Of a DNA stretch of 64,000 nt, positions 36,719 to 48,735 are shown one piece after another. The stretch comes from Lama glama (lineage: Eukaryota), in assembly GCA_028534125.1 (NCBI GenBank), contig CM052817.1, positions 100,380,001 to 100,444,000 of the forward strand, written 5' to 3'. The position numbers and the translations under genes were made by a program. The notes under the pieces were generated by a model, which saw nothing but the letters and a program-made list of their open reading frames with translations, did no database searches and had not been told where the DNA came from. Positions within the stretch are counted from its first letter, which is position 1, and every line of letters begins with the position of its first letter.

Positions 36719-37252
36719 TGTAGGGTTTTTTAATTATTCAAGCATCGTGGGACCAACATATCAAGAAACAACTGTCATTGAAAAAAAACTTTGTTAAACT
36801 CAGAGATCCCAAGAGGAGGGGGAGCACCATGTCAAGGGGGCCACGCAGGGAAGCACCAGGATGCCCAGGCAGGAGGAAGGAGGGACTCTGGGGCTGCAAC
36901 CTTTATTGCGGCTTCCACAGGAAGAATGGGAGAGGCAGGGAAGCCAGCTTAAGATCCGCTGTTGGAACCATATCAGCAAGACCTGGGGCACAGGATTGTC
37001 CCTGGTTGCCCGGGACCTGGCCATGGGATAGTAAGACAAGTGTATAGTGGCCCAGAGTGTAAGAGTCAGATCTAGGAGGTGGCTGGGCTGCGGGCTCTGG
37101 ACTGGGTAGTTTACAAGGCACATTGTAAGACAGATGAGTTTCCTGCTATCCCTAAGAATTAGCTTGCCCCGGGATAGGCAGTCTCTCTGGGTCATCAAGG
37201 CCCCAAACATCAAAGCATCAAAAGTACAGAATAAAAAGACATGACAAATACA
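36719..37252 (-). mobile_element. MER74-like ERVL solo LTR
   Basis: Reverse complement starts 'tgtatttgtcatgtc...ttttgatgctttgatgtttggggccttgatgacccagagagactgcc...gctaattcttagggatagca'; AATAAA on the minus strand at ~36902-36907. Confidence 0.8.
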
Positions 37253-38979
37253 GTCCTGGGGGCAACTGAGTTCAGGGAGAAGAAGTGCTGAACTCGGAGT
37301 CAGGAGCCTCTCAGGTAGAATGTCGCCCCTCGTTTTCCCTCCTGAATAACGAAGCCAGGGTGGATCAGCAGGACCTCCACATCACCAATGTGCTATTCTC
37401 TACATCTAAACCAAATCAGTGACCATGCAAATGGGCCTGAGAAAGAAGGGGATGAGGAAGGGGAGACCAGGCAGAAAGCCAGAGGAGCCCGCCCTTGCGT
37501 CACCCTGCATGGGCCGGAGGATGCAGGAGAGGGACAGAAAAGTCAGAAGTTCAGTAACTGAGGAAACACAATAAGAAATAAAACAGAAGGTTGGAGAGTT
37601 GAGGTGGCTTAGGAGCCAAGTCTCCCACATTAGTCCCTTCCAATCCACCTCCTTCACACAGCCAAGACCAGGCAGACGGCCGGGGTGAGGTAGAACAGAA
37701 GAGACAGTGATGAGGGTCTTTGCACAGGAAAAACCCACAATGTTTAGAAACTAACCGGGAAAATTCTCTTTAAGTGATTGTGATTTGATATATAGTCCTT
37801 CCAGAAGTACTTTTGTCTAGAAAGAAGACACCTAGATCAAGAGACAGAGGCAGAGAGAGAGGGAGAGAGAGAGAGGTCACAACAAAGAGTTAATGGCTAT
37901 CCCAGCAATCCTTTCCAGTCCCAAGCACTACTCCTTCAATAAATGAGTTGATGCGTACATAATACTAAGAAACTGCTTCATACTTTATCTCTTGCAGGGT
38001 CACAGTTAACATCAACATCTTAATAGCTCAGAGGAGACCTGGGGTAAGGGAACCTGTTTCACCATGTTTAACTCAATATTTCCTAAATAACTTCATCAGG
38101 AAAAACTTTCCCCTCTCCAAGTAAAAACTCTTCACATCCCAAGCTCTATACCTTGGGCTAAAGCAATGTATCTTTAATGATGAGATGTTAGGTATATTCA
38201 AATAAACAAGGAAGATCCATCTCCATCCTGGTACCTGCCCAGGTACGTACACACACTAACTGACCCAGGCAGAGCACGGGTCAGGGATGAGAGCATCAGA
38301 CCTGAGGCAAAACAGCAGGTAACACGAGAGAGTTCCCAACTGTTCAGTCCGAAGTTAAAACTTGAAGTTCAAGGACAGCAGCTGGATATGGAGGACAGGA
38401 ATGGTACCTAAGTCCAAGACCAGGAGATAAATGTTGACAGTTTGCTCACAGTCCAAGGTGGCTTTTATTGTGCCAGTCCCATGGGTGGCATCCCTGGCCC
38501 TGGAGTGACTTAAAAACACCACCTTGTCTTGGAGACAGGTGCCTCCTAGGCAAGCCATAAAGCCAGCCCATGTGTAATGGCATGTTTGATTAGATGCCCA
38601 GTATCACCAAGAGTAGTAATAAGGTCCTGAGTGATGACTGCCGTAACACTACTTTTCATAAGTAAAGGACAGTTGTATTGATTCCAACCACACAGAAAAT
38701 TAAGCTCCCAGATACCAGAGGAGCTGTCTTTGTCACATGGGCCAGAGCCATGCTGTTTATTAGAATAGGAGACAGTCTTCCAGGATGAAATGACCCTGTG
38801 TAGACCCATTTTCCCCATCAGCTTTGAATTCTCTAACTGGCCAGATCAAATTGCATCTGATGTGGAATTTGGGCATCACAGAGCTGTCAGAATGAGGAAA
38901 CGAGTCATCATGTGTGTGCACAGTCATCACAATCACAGGAAGAGCAGTGAAAGAGTTCCATGAATTTTCCGATAATTGG

Positions 38980-39075
38980 GACTAACACTTATTGACTGCT
39001 TACCCCAGTAACAAGTGCTGGGCTAAGCACTTTACCCACATTATCTCATTTAAGCCTCACGGCAGCCCCAACAGC
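38980..39075 (-). mobile_element. MIR fragment
   Basis: 'taacacttattgactgcttac...gctaagcactttacccacattatctcatttaagcctcac'. Confidence 0.8.
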
Positions 39076-39419
39076 TCAGCAAGGCTGTCGCTCGCCCCAG
39101 GTCAGGGGAGATTTCAGGGCTGGCACCTGCCTTTAGCTCTGGCAGTTGATCTCCAACGCACACGTTCAAACACTGTGTTCTTTCTGTCCCCCCATCTCAT
39201 GGCGTCCACCGTGTCCCCCTTCCTCCTCACACAGCATCCTCCCCCCACAACACTAGCTCATCTCTTTTTGCTGACAGTGAAGCCCCTAAACCAGCACTGC
39301 CCAATGGGTCTAATCCCCAGTGGGCTATAAATAGGCTGAGATTTGATCCCTCCCCCAATTATTCTGACGGATGGGAGGTCGGGATCTGGGGTAGCCAGAC
39401 ACCTCGGGCTGGTAGTCCT

Positions 39420-39760
39420 TGGTGCTGACTATTAAGTGGCGGTCTCCAGATGCCAAAACCAGCCTCCAAACTCTGCTCTGTGATGCTGGTGCCGGGGGCT
39501 GCAGATGTGTTACTCCTTTCCCACATGACTCGCCAGAAGGTTCTAACCACAAGGAGTATGAGAAGGAGACTGGAAGGCGGGAGGAAGAAGAGAACTTGCT
39601 CTGATGACCTAGCATTGGCTCCTCACCTCCACCGTGGCGGTGGGATCTGCCCTCCCAGAACGCATCTTCCTGCCTCTCAGAAGGACCAGCAGCAGCAGGG
39701 CAGCGCTCTGCTGATTCCCAGCGCCCTGGGCTCCCTCCTCCAAGCTCCTTGGCTGCCAGC
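39420..39760 (-). mobile_element. LTR33-like ERVL LTR fragment
   Basis: 'actctgctctgtgatgctgg...ggagactggaaggcgggaggaagaagagaacttgct'. Confidence 0.55.
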
Positions 39761-40612
39761 AGCCCGGTCAGCATCCCCTCCCCTGAGGACCGGACCCAGC
39801 ACGCCCGGATCCGCTTCTGAGCTCCAGGTCTTCTCTATCCTGCTCCAAAGTTAAGCTATTATGACACAGGAAGGTTTACATTCAGACGTCTTTAAATATT
39901 CAAAGCAAAGAGTCTTGGTTTGCAGCTCTGTGTTCAGCTTATCTTTTTCTATCAATCAATTACCTAGTATTGATCAAGCACCAGGAGGTGCCGGCCCCAG
40001 GAAGATAGGCACTTGCAGACGCCAGCGGAAGGTGGCCTCTGGATGTGCGCTGACTTCCCTTTACAGCCCCACTGGGCTTTCCCTGACGCTCACTAGGCAC
40101 TTCTCATAATTTCCCATTGTTATTGGGCTATTTTTATTCTTCCCGTATAAATCAAAATGTGACGCACTGTCCCACCGTTAAAACTCTTATCCTGGCAAAG
40201 CTATTATTATTTATTTGATGTCTTCAAAAAGAATTTAATGGCTTCCCCCTCCCCCCAAATAAAATTTAGATGATCTCATCACCTGTACCTTATGCTGAAT
40301 GGACAGGAATAATGACATCAGCGCGTAGAGAATTTACAAACCAGCCATTTGGAGGGCCAGGTCAGCATGCTCTCAGGACCAGGACTCCGCTTAGAAGGGA
40401 GGCGCTGACATGCTCTGAACACCAGGTGTGACCCAGAATCGGCCAGTTCTGTTCCAGAAACCTTGGAGATTAGCATTCCAGATGGCTGGATTAGAACTGA
40501 GTCGTTTAGGGAAAAATGCATCCTAAGTCATAATTATAACAGTAATAATAACAGTGAAATGTTTAGTAATTCTTTTAGCTCCACTCAAATTTCTTCACTC
40601 ACAGTTGCTCAC

Positions 40613-41090
40613 TGTTAGGGGCTGAATTGTGTCCCCCTAAGATTCATGTAAACTTTAGATGTTTCTATCAAAGAGAAGTTTGGGCATTTCCAACCCCAAG
40701 ATATTTTATGACTACTTAAAGATAATAGATGAATTCGCAACATGGCTAGGATTTGAAGCCCCAACACTCAGGACCTCAGAAGGTAACTGTATTTGGAATG
40801 GGTCTTTAAAGACAGTTACTGAGTAAAAATGGGGTCATTGGCCTGTGCCCGGTTCCAATGTGACTGATGTCTTTATAAGAAGAGGTGACCAGGACAGAGA
40901 GACGTCACAGGAACTCTCCCTGAGAGAGGCCATCCGCGAGCCAAGGAGAGAGGTCTTAAGAAAAAGCAGCCACGCCTGTGCCTTGATCTCTGTGTTCTCG
41001 CCTGCACAGAACTATGAGAAAGTAAAGCTCTGTTCTTCAAGCCACTCAGTCGGTGGTCCTTTGTCACGGCAACCCTAGCAGACTGATACA
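40613..41090 (+). mobile_element. MaLR solo LTR (MLT1B/C-like) carrying a ~105-bp foreign insertion
   Basis: 'tgttaggggctgaattgtgtcccc...attcatgt[insert]gaagcc...gacctcagaaggtaactgtatttgga...aagccactcagtcggtggtcctttgtcacggcaaccctagcagactgataca'. Confidence 0.9.
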
Positions 41091-41592
41091 CTCGTGAACT
41101 TTAAAGAAACACAACTCCCTGAGACAAAAGAGGGTTTACTCAGCTACAGATATCTTCTCTGTTTTTTAGTTGGTAAAGGTGAGGCAGGAAAAGACTGGTG
41201 GACTTTGCCTGGGTCTCTGGATTCACCCGTGGACAGACAGAATTTAGCCCAAGCCTTTCTCATCTGCTGGCCACAGCTCTGTTCTTCAGCCCGAGTGATT
41301 AAAAAAAAACAGTATTAAGCAGATATTTTCAAAAAGCAGTCAACTCCAGATTGTCCATTATTAATGTGGAATATAGCCTACACTGAAAATTAAAATACAC
41401 ATATATTTCAAAACCCAATATCAGCCATTAATGTCAGCTCGCTCAAACTCTTCAGACTTCATCAACCCCCGCTGTTTTCCTTTGAGGAAAATCCTAGCTG
41501 TGTTATGAATTCATCTATTATCTTTAACTATTCATAAAATATCTTGGGGTTGGAAAATTCCAAACTTCTCTTTGATAGAAACATTCTAAAGT
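40652..41592. repeat. Inverted repeat pair, ~104-bp arms (40652-40754 and 41489-41592), ~90% identical
   Basis: Manual alignment of the arm 1 reverse complement to arm 2 gives 9 substitutions and 1 single-base indel. Confidence 0.95.
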
Positions 41593-42039
41593 GTATATGC
41601 ATTCTTGTGGGAGAAATGGAACTTCTAGCTCCTTGGCTTATTTTTAAATTGCAAATGTTAAATTAACATTTTGTGAGATGGATCTGACATGCAAAGTGGC
41701 TGGTGTCGTCTTTCATAATCCTCTGTTTTAAAGGGAAGAAGATGTATTTTCTTAGGTAAACCAACTAGAACCCACTAAACATTTCCTTACAATCATAGTG
41801 CATGAAGGGATCTCCCAGATCATCTAGTCCACTAGTTTATTTTTATCCATTTTTTTTAGCAGCAGACCTCTTTTTTTCAAAAACAACCTTTTTGTGGAAG
41901 TGTGATGTATAAAAAGATAGTAGCTGAGCATCTCTGGTTGAAGTGGACTTGGCAGACCTTGGCCCTTGCCCTCCCAGCCTCCTTCTTGCCCCTTGATTTT
42001 CCTTGTCTCTGAGGAAAATAGTATGAAAACCACAGGCCT

Positions 42040-42165
42040 ATTCCAATCCTTTCATTTTACAGATGTGGAAACTGAGGAAACATGGCCCAGGCTGAGACTT
42101 TGATAAGGGCACAGCCAGAGCAGGATCCCATGTCTGCTGATTCCTGGTCTGTGATCTTTGCCTGC
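42040..42165 (-). mobile_element. MIR fragment
   Basis: 'cattttacagatgtggaaactgagg'. Confidence 0.75.
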
Positions 42166-42405
42166 ATCACATGGCATTGGTCATACTGATTTTGTTTTGC
42201 TGAGTTCCAGGATATCTTCAGTGCTTCCACCAGATACAGTTCTCACTGCCAGGAACACACCTGTGTGGCGAGACATAGATGTCTGCATCAGTTCATTAAG
42301 CAAGTCTCTTAAGTGCCCAGAATTCACAGGCAGATGTCCAGACATCAGGTCCCAAACCCTTAGGTTAAGGTTCTTTGCTTGGTGACATACTCCTCTGCTA
42401 TAACT

Positions 42406-42605
42406 CAGTGTTTCTCCAACTTAATTGTGCCTTTAGAAGAACCTAGGGTGGCAGGAGCAGTGGCGGGGAGTGGGTGTTAAAAAATACAGATGGCAGAAAT
42501 TCTGACTCAGCCGGTTCATGGTATGACCTCAGGATCTGTATTTTAACAGGGATCCCAGGTGGCGCTGATGAAGTCGACCCCAGTCCACACTTTAAGATAC
42601 GTGTA
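42406..42605. mobile_element. MER5-type hAT-Charlie MITE
   Basis: 'cagtgtttctccaactt...gttaaaaaatacagat...ttctgactcag...atctgtattttaacagg..cccaggtg...ccacacttt'. Confidence 0.75.
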
Positions 42606-45069
42606 GTTGGTTGTTCTTCGGCTTTCTGGCCTTCACTGGGTAACTAAAGTTTTCCCAAATTTCAGAAACTACAACATTTTCAACACGTTTTTCAATCTGA
42701 CAAGAGCCTTATCCTCCCTCCCCGGATGCAGAGCATCAAACCCCAGGAGGTGTCTGGCTTCCAGTATGGCGATGTGGTGAATTTCACAGCAACTGGACAT
42801 CAGCTCAGGTGGTCACACCAGGGAAGCAACGGGAGCAGAGGTAAAGAGCAAAGCTCTGTTTTCATGCAAATGGATTCCATAGAAAATTAAACAAGCTATA
42901 AAGGCATGCAAAAATGTATTGTGTATAACAGCAACACCAAAAAAGTCGGCTCTGAAGGGATGGCTCATCTAAATTTAAAAGTAGCATTAGCTTTCCAAGG
43001 TCCTGGTCTCCAATACTATGGGGGTCAATCCAAGGGGCTGAGAAGCCAGGCAGAGGTTAAGAATTCAGGGTAAAGATCAGCCCCTGCACTGGGAAATCCT
43101 TGTGCTGAGCTGTGCCAAAGCCAGATGTTTTTACTGGTAATTATTATCATGATAATTCACTTAACTAGGAATAAAATAGGGCATGATTGTTTACTTCTGC
43201 CTGTTTCCCCAGACATGCAGAGAAATGAGGAGAAAAATCTCAGAGGTTTCACTCTTGGCTAAATGAAATAATTTTCTCAATTAACCAGGAATAAACACAG
43301 CAACGAAATAACTTGCCTTTACATTATACAATAGTTGTAAATAGACTTCTTACACCTCCTTGCATGGGAAAGTCAAGGTGGAGACAGACTGCCAAGGAAT
43401 TAAAAACATCTTGAGTTTGGTTTCCATCTGAAAAGACACAGTCCTTAGAAACCTACTCACGTTGTCAGCCTTGGCATGAGACTTCCAAAAGCTATTCTTG
43501 GTTTCTCTCCTCTGTACTGGGCCCAATCCAAGGCCAAGAGATTGCAGGTTGAATTGTGGTGAGATAAAAGATGCTTTTGAGCAGTTAGAAGGGAAGCTTG
43601 CAGAGACACAGGGGAGAGCAGAGTGCATATCTGAGAGGAGTTAGACAGTTCGGCTGGGTTTTTAGGAGAATCCATAATATAAACTAGGAATTGATGGTGG
43701 TCCGTGAACATTCTCACAATCCTCAGTAAGGGAGTTACTTGACTGTCACTGCGTCAGGCCTCTGTGGTCCAGGGTGGGGGCACAGCAGCATGTGACACCC
43801 TCACACACATCCCAGAGGAAACACTATTTGTAACCGTCACATTTACATGAAATCACCCAGAGAGTATAGAATATAAGCCACATTGTAAAGCATAAGCTAC
43901 AGCCATTTTCCTTCAGTAGCAGGGCAGAAACTAATTTTTGTCCCCCTTAAAAGGGATATTTTAAAAAAGAAACTATAAACATTTTTGTCCAAATAAAACC
44001 TCTTTTAATCACACTAAATAAAAACCCTTTCTCCCACCCCTTGAAGCTCTTTGATGTCTTGTCTCATTCTCTGCTCCCACTGCCTCTCCTGTGGCCTCAC
44101 CCGGAATTTCTAGAAGAGGCTGCACCGGAGACATGAGCATCTCCAGTTTAGGACAAGTGGCCATGCCCTTACATGTCAGGATGTTCGTGTTCAGGACCAA
44201 GGACAGTGGTCCACGTGCCAACGCTGCCGAGGCTCCTAGTCCCCTTCCTCTCCCCACCCCCAACATCTTAGTCACCACGCTGGCCCCTGAGGGGAGGAAT
44301 GTAGACCACGTGGATTTGATTAGAAACCAAAATAGGGCTGAAATGCCATCTAAGAAAAGGTGATTCCTCCACCCAAGCTCCATTTTTATCAGTCCACAAA
44401 CACATCTAAGTTTGAGGATGGAACCTGCAAAATCCAAAAGCAGTGTTTATTCACTGCCTCCTCTGGTAAGTCTCCCCTGCTGGCTTACTTCTGAAGATAG
44501 TAGTTGCAGATTTGGGGGAGATGGTGACTGAGAACCTTTGAGCCCCAGAGCCACAGTGGCTGCTGCATGCTCCTTTGTCCTGATCCGCCCCTGGGCCAGC
44601 TCTGCCCTGCCACAGTGTGTCTCTGAGACCATCATGGCCTTTGTGAGAAGCTCCATCTAAGGCATTGGCCCAACAAACAACCCCACTGGCTAAATATGCA
44701 TCTATCTGTGTCTTGGAGCTAAAGGCTCAACTCTCAAGAAGCCATAAGTGGTGAGAAACATGCTTCTTTTTGCACCTTCTGGAGTAAGGTCAGAACACGT
44801 GCATCTTCTGGAATAACGTGCTTTTGCAAAATAGAACAGAAGGTGCCGAGGATACAACTGTCCTACAATTCTGTTAAATGCCTTTATTTATAGAGATGAA
44901 AGTTTGGGAGCAGGATTAACTGCTGCCAATATGAAGAAAGTAGAAACGAATTAAAAATAAACATTTTAGCATGCTATCAAAGGGCTGGGGCTCCTTTGAA
45001 GGTGCCCTTTGCAAACAGAAAGAGGTTATAGCCTGGAGGAATTATTCTTCTCCTGATTTGGTTACAGAG

Positions 45070-45113
<44 letters not shown>

Positions 45114-45115
45114 AC
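45070..45115 (+). repeat. Compound (CT)n(CA)n microsatellite
   Basis: Read directly. Confidence 0.97.
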
Positions 45116-47845
45116 CCCTCCTATATATCTCAGTATGCTTAGAATACTGAGGTCAGAGGAGAAAGATTAAAAGGTGGCAGACCCCATCTAACCTCAGCTC
45201 GCTACATTCCTTTTCTCTATTTCAAGGGTGAAATGAAAGGTGAGGGAGTTCAAGTGAGTTCCTACATCAAACCTAACAAGGCATCAGGTGCCAAGGGTCA
45301 TTTCCAGGTCTTGACAGGGTCAGACAAAGCCAATGGCAAATGGTCACTACCCAGTAGCTTGTTGGGGAGAGAAACTTACTTGGAGGGGCTAAGGGAAGGG
45401 GGACATAGTCATGGCAGCCCGGGGGACTACGCCGGCTGGCTGGGTACAGCCTTCCTTCCACCTGAACCCGTCCACAGTGACCCATTGCTCCTTGGAAATC
45501 CTCCCAGTGAATAATAGAGCATTTATTCTGCATTGCCCATTTATAATACACCCTCGCTACCCTCGTTACAATGATGAAACAAGCATGGAGATAAATAGGA
45601 AAGGGAACATCTGCATGCCAGGATCTTTTTATTATTATTTTAATAAAGAAGATACTCATTTGAATAACAAAGATAAAACATTTTTTACAAACAAAGCTGA
45701 CATTGTATGGCTATTTTAATCATTGGTGATAAAAATTGACCCATTATTTGGTGTCACCACAAAAATTCTCCTCTGTGACACCGAATTGCTCTTAAACTCA
45801 CTTCTCTGTATTCCCAGGCAACTTTATTCACTGCCCCCTTGGGTCTACTCTATTGGATAATTTGGTCTTTTGGATTGAGAAACAGTCAATTTCACTTTCC
45901 TCCCAAACGGAACACATTTTTCACACTTTTTTTATCCCTGACCCCCAACTCTTTCACAAATCTCACATCTCTCTGTCCCACTTTGGTTCTCCCTGCAAAG
46001 AAAAACTAGCTAAACAAGACATTACACAGCCTACTTGGGGGATGTGGTCTGTTTTTTGCTTTTTCCAAGACTTATTAACTTGGGCAGGACCTTAGGAAAA
46101 GGGGGAAGGGAGTGAGGCCAGGACTGAGGATGCTCTGAGCTGCGGTGGGTCTAGAAAGGGGACCTGGCACTTGGTGTGTTTAAATGTCTGCTATTTCCGC
46201 CTCTCAGAGGGTCTGTGTGCTCTGACCAATTCACCCAAGCTGAACAGAGTTATAGCAATACAACGCTTGCACCTAGGGTATCTTTCGCATGATAAGCAAT
46301 CTTGCTATCAATTCCCCCCAAGTACCTGGTGCATAGCTTTAGTTGGCTCTCAAAATTGTGAAAAACTGTGGTCTTCTGGAAATGCTTATGTAGGTCTCCT
46401 GGCCTAATGGGTCTTAGTTACTCACATACAGGAGACCGATTTCCTCCCCTAGTAATGTCTCTCCAGCTCATTCCTTAAGAACTCATCTCCTAGGGATGCG
46501 CTGAATCAAAGCCCAACCATGGTTATGTTCCTTTCCAAGAGAAGAGGTCCCCCTGGGTCTCTGAGGCACAACGAGCAGGTGTATTTTACAGAGGAGAGGC
46601 TCAGTTTCAGCTGGCTGGTTATTTTTGTCTCAGAGATGCAAAGCTGTTTTCACCTCCCAGAAGTGTTTTATATATGTATTTATGTATGCATGCATGTGTC
46701 CCAATCTGACCACTCACAAAAGCCATTTCCCCAAAGCCCCCAAATTCCCACATGTGCCTTCTCCTCTGCCCTTAGAGGCCTTCTCTCGGCCACGGGCCAG
46801 CTCCCTTCACGTGGAGTTGGTGATACATTGTCATCTGGGAGAAATGACTTTCAGCGGGGCCAGCTAAGCCCACAGAGGCTCTCCGTGGGGTGGAAGCTCC
46901 TCCCAGTCCAGAGGGAGTTATATAAAGACCTAAGGAAAATTTAAAATCCTGGATGGCAGCTGTGGGGGCTGAAATGAACCAGCCGATGACCCAGCGCCTC
47001 TCTGACGGTGAGGGTTAATTTATCACATGGAATCCAATCACTTCTTATAAACCCAGCACAGGTTTCATTTAGTTTGATGAGGTATATTGCAAGATTTCAG
47101 AAAATCAATTTTACTGAGAGCCATATTAAGCCCCAGGGAATATAACAGTCCATGTACCTCACATAAGTTTCTGTTATTATTCGGAGGATCACTGGGGAAA
47201 TTATATACTTAGCCAGGTGGAGGGGAATGGCTACGTTCATTGTCTTAGGCAGTTCCCACTCTGCTTACCTCTGAGAAATAACAAATAAAAGTGGTCGGGC
47301 TCCAAATTGGTACTTACCTAAGCTCTGCAGATGCATAAGAGTGAGTAAAAGTGACTTGATTTCCCAAAGTTGCTGACCCCTTACAATATAAAAACGATCA
47401 GGCATTATGGGGACTCCCCCGTTCTGATGGCATCCTCTAATCTGAGTTCTCAGAGTGCTGTTTCCAAAGGGTGCCAGTACAGGCTCAAAACTGCTTTCAT
47501 CCAATCCGCCAGGTGACTATTTCCACAGAGGTATATTTCTTAGTATTTCCACTGTGGCTAGGGAACATGCCTCTCTCTACCCATCTGGTCTCTTGGAGGC
47601 TTTTGTTTGCAGAGCAATAAACCAAACTAGCTTTTTATGGGGCCCAGAACTGGAAGCTAGTGGCAGGGAGTGAACTCCCCAGCCAAGTCGGCAATAGCTT
47701 CTTTCTCCGAAGGCCATTCGAATTGACAGCAGAGGGCCCAGGGAGTGTGTGTGTGGTCGGGGGGAGGAGCCGCCAGTCTGTGGTGCTGCAGTCCTACTGG
47801 ATCTCACAAACATCACAGCTGCTCTTATTTACCGCGGGTCTAGGA

Positions 47846-48071
47846 CTGTGTTGGCCAACGTGACAGCAATTCTCCCCGCGTGGCTATTTACATTAGATTA
47901 CTTAAAATTAAGTAAAATCAAAAATTCAATTCTTCAATTGCACTCACCACATTTCGAATGCTTAACAGCCATAGTGATTAGTGGTGACTATATTGGATGG
48001 CACAGATATAGAATATTCTACAGGATATAAAGCATGTCCACCATTGCAGAAAGTTCCACTGGATGCTACTG
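47846..48071. mobile_element. MER3/MER33-type hAT-Charlie MITE
   Basis: 'gtggctattta...aaaattcaattcttcaattgcactcaccacatttcgaatgcttaacagcca...ccaccattgcagaaagttcca'. Confidence 0.8.
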
Positions 48072-48418
48072 GGTAGCCCTTCAGCTCCTGGGACTCGGTA
48101 GCTATTACACGTACCTGAGAGTTTAGCTCAGGCTGAATTCATGGCCCATGTCCCCCAGGTGTGCTCCTTTTCAAGATCCTCTTTCACCAGCAAAATTTGG
48201 GGATGTATACAACCTCTTTAGGGTCTTCAGGTCAGAGAAACTCTCTTCCATTACAGCAGAACCTGCCCCAGGAAAAACCTAGAACGAGGTTAGAAATTTA
48301 GAAATGAGGATGAAAAAGCTGTAAGCTGTAGGACAAAACTGATATTTAGGAATCTGGGAAGAAAAAACGGTTTTCATCAGCTGAATAGATGTCCTGTACC
48401 AAAAGCACAATTTCCTAC

Positions 48419-48735
48419 TGGTATGAGAGGAATTATATGCCTCTTCAATTCGTATGTTGATGTCCTAACCCCCAGTATCTCAAGAGGAGGCCATTAGGGT
48501 GAACTGTAATCCAATTTGACTGGTGTCCTCGTGAGAAGGTTAGAGGAGACCACGGTGAAGACGTGGACTGATGACGGCCGTCAACAAGCCAACGAGAGAA
48601 GCCTCAGAAGACGCCACCCGGCCAACACCTTGCTCTTGGGCTTCTGGCCTCCACAACTGGATGAAAATACATTTCTGTTGTGCAAAACACTCAGTCTGTG
48701 TCACTCTGTTGCGGCAGCCCCAGCAAAAAATTCAC
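48419..48735 (+). mobile_element. MaLR solo LTR (MLT1A/B-like), internally deleted
   Basis: 'attcgtatgttgatgtcctaacccccag...aatccaatttgactggtgtcct...gccaacaccttgctcttgggcttctggcctcc'. Confidence 0.85.

Noticed and set aside
43144..43157. 14-bp perfect palindrome attatcatgataat
   Set aside because: A palindrome of this length is expected by chance in 64 kb of partly AT-rich DNA.
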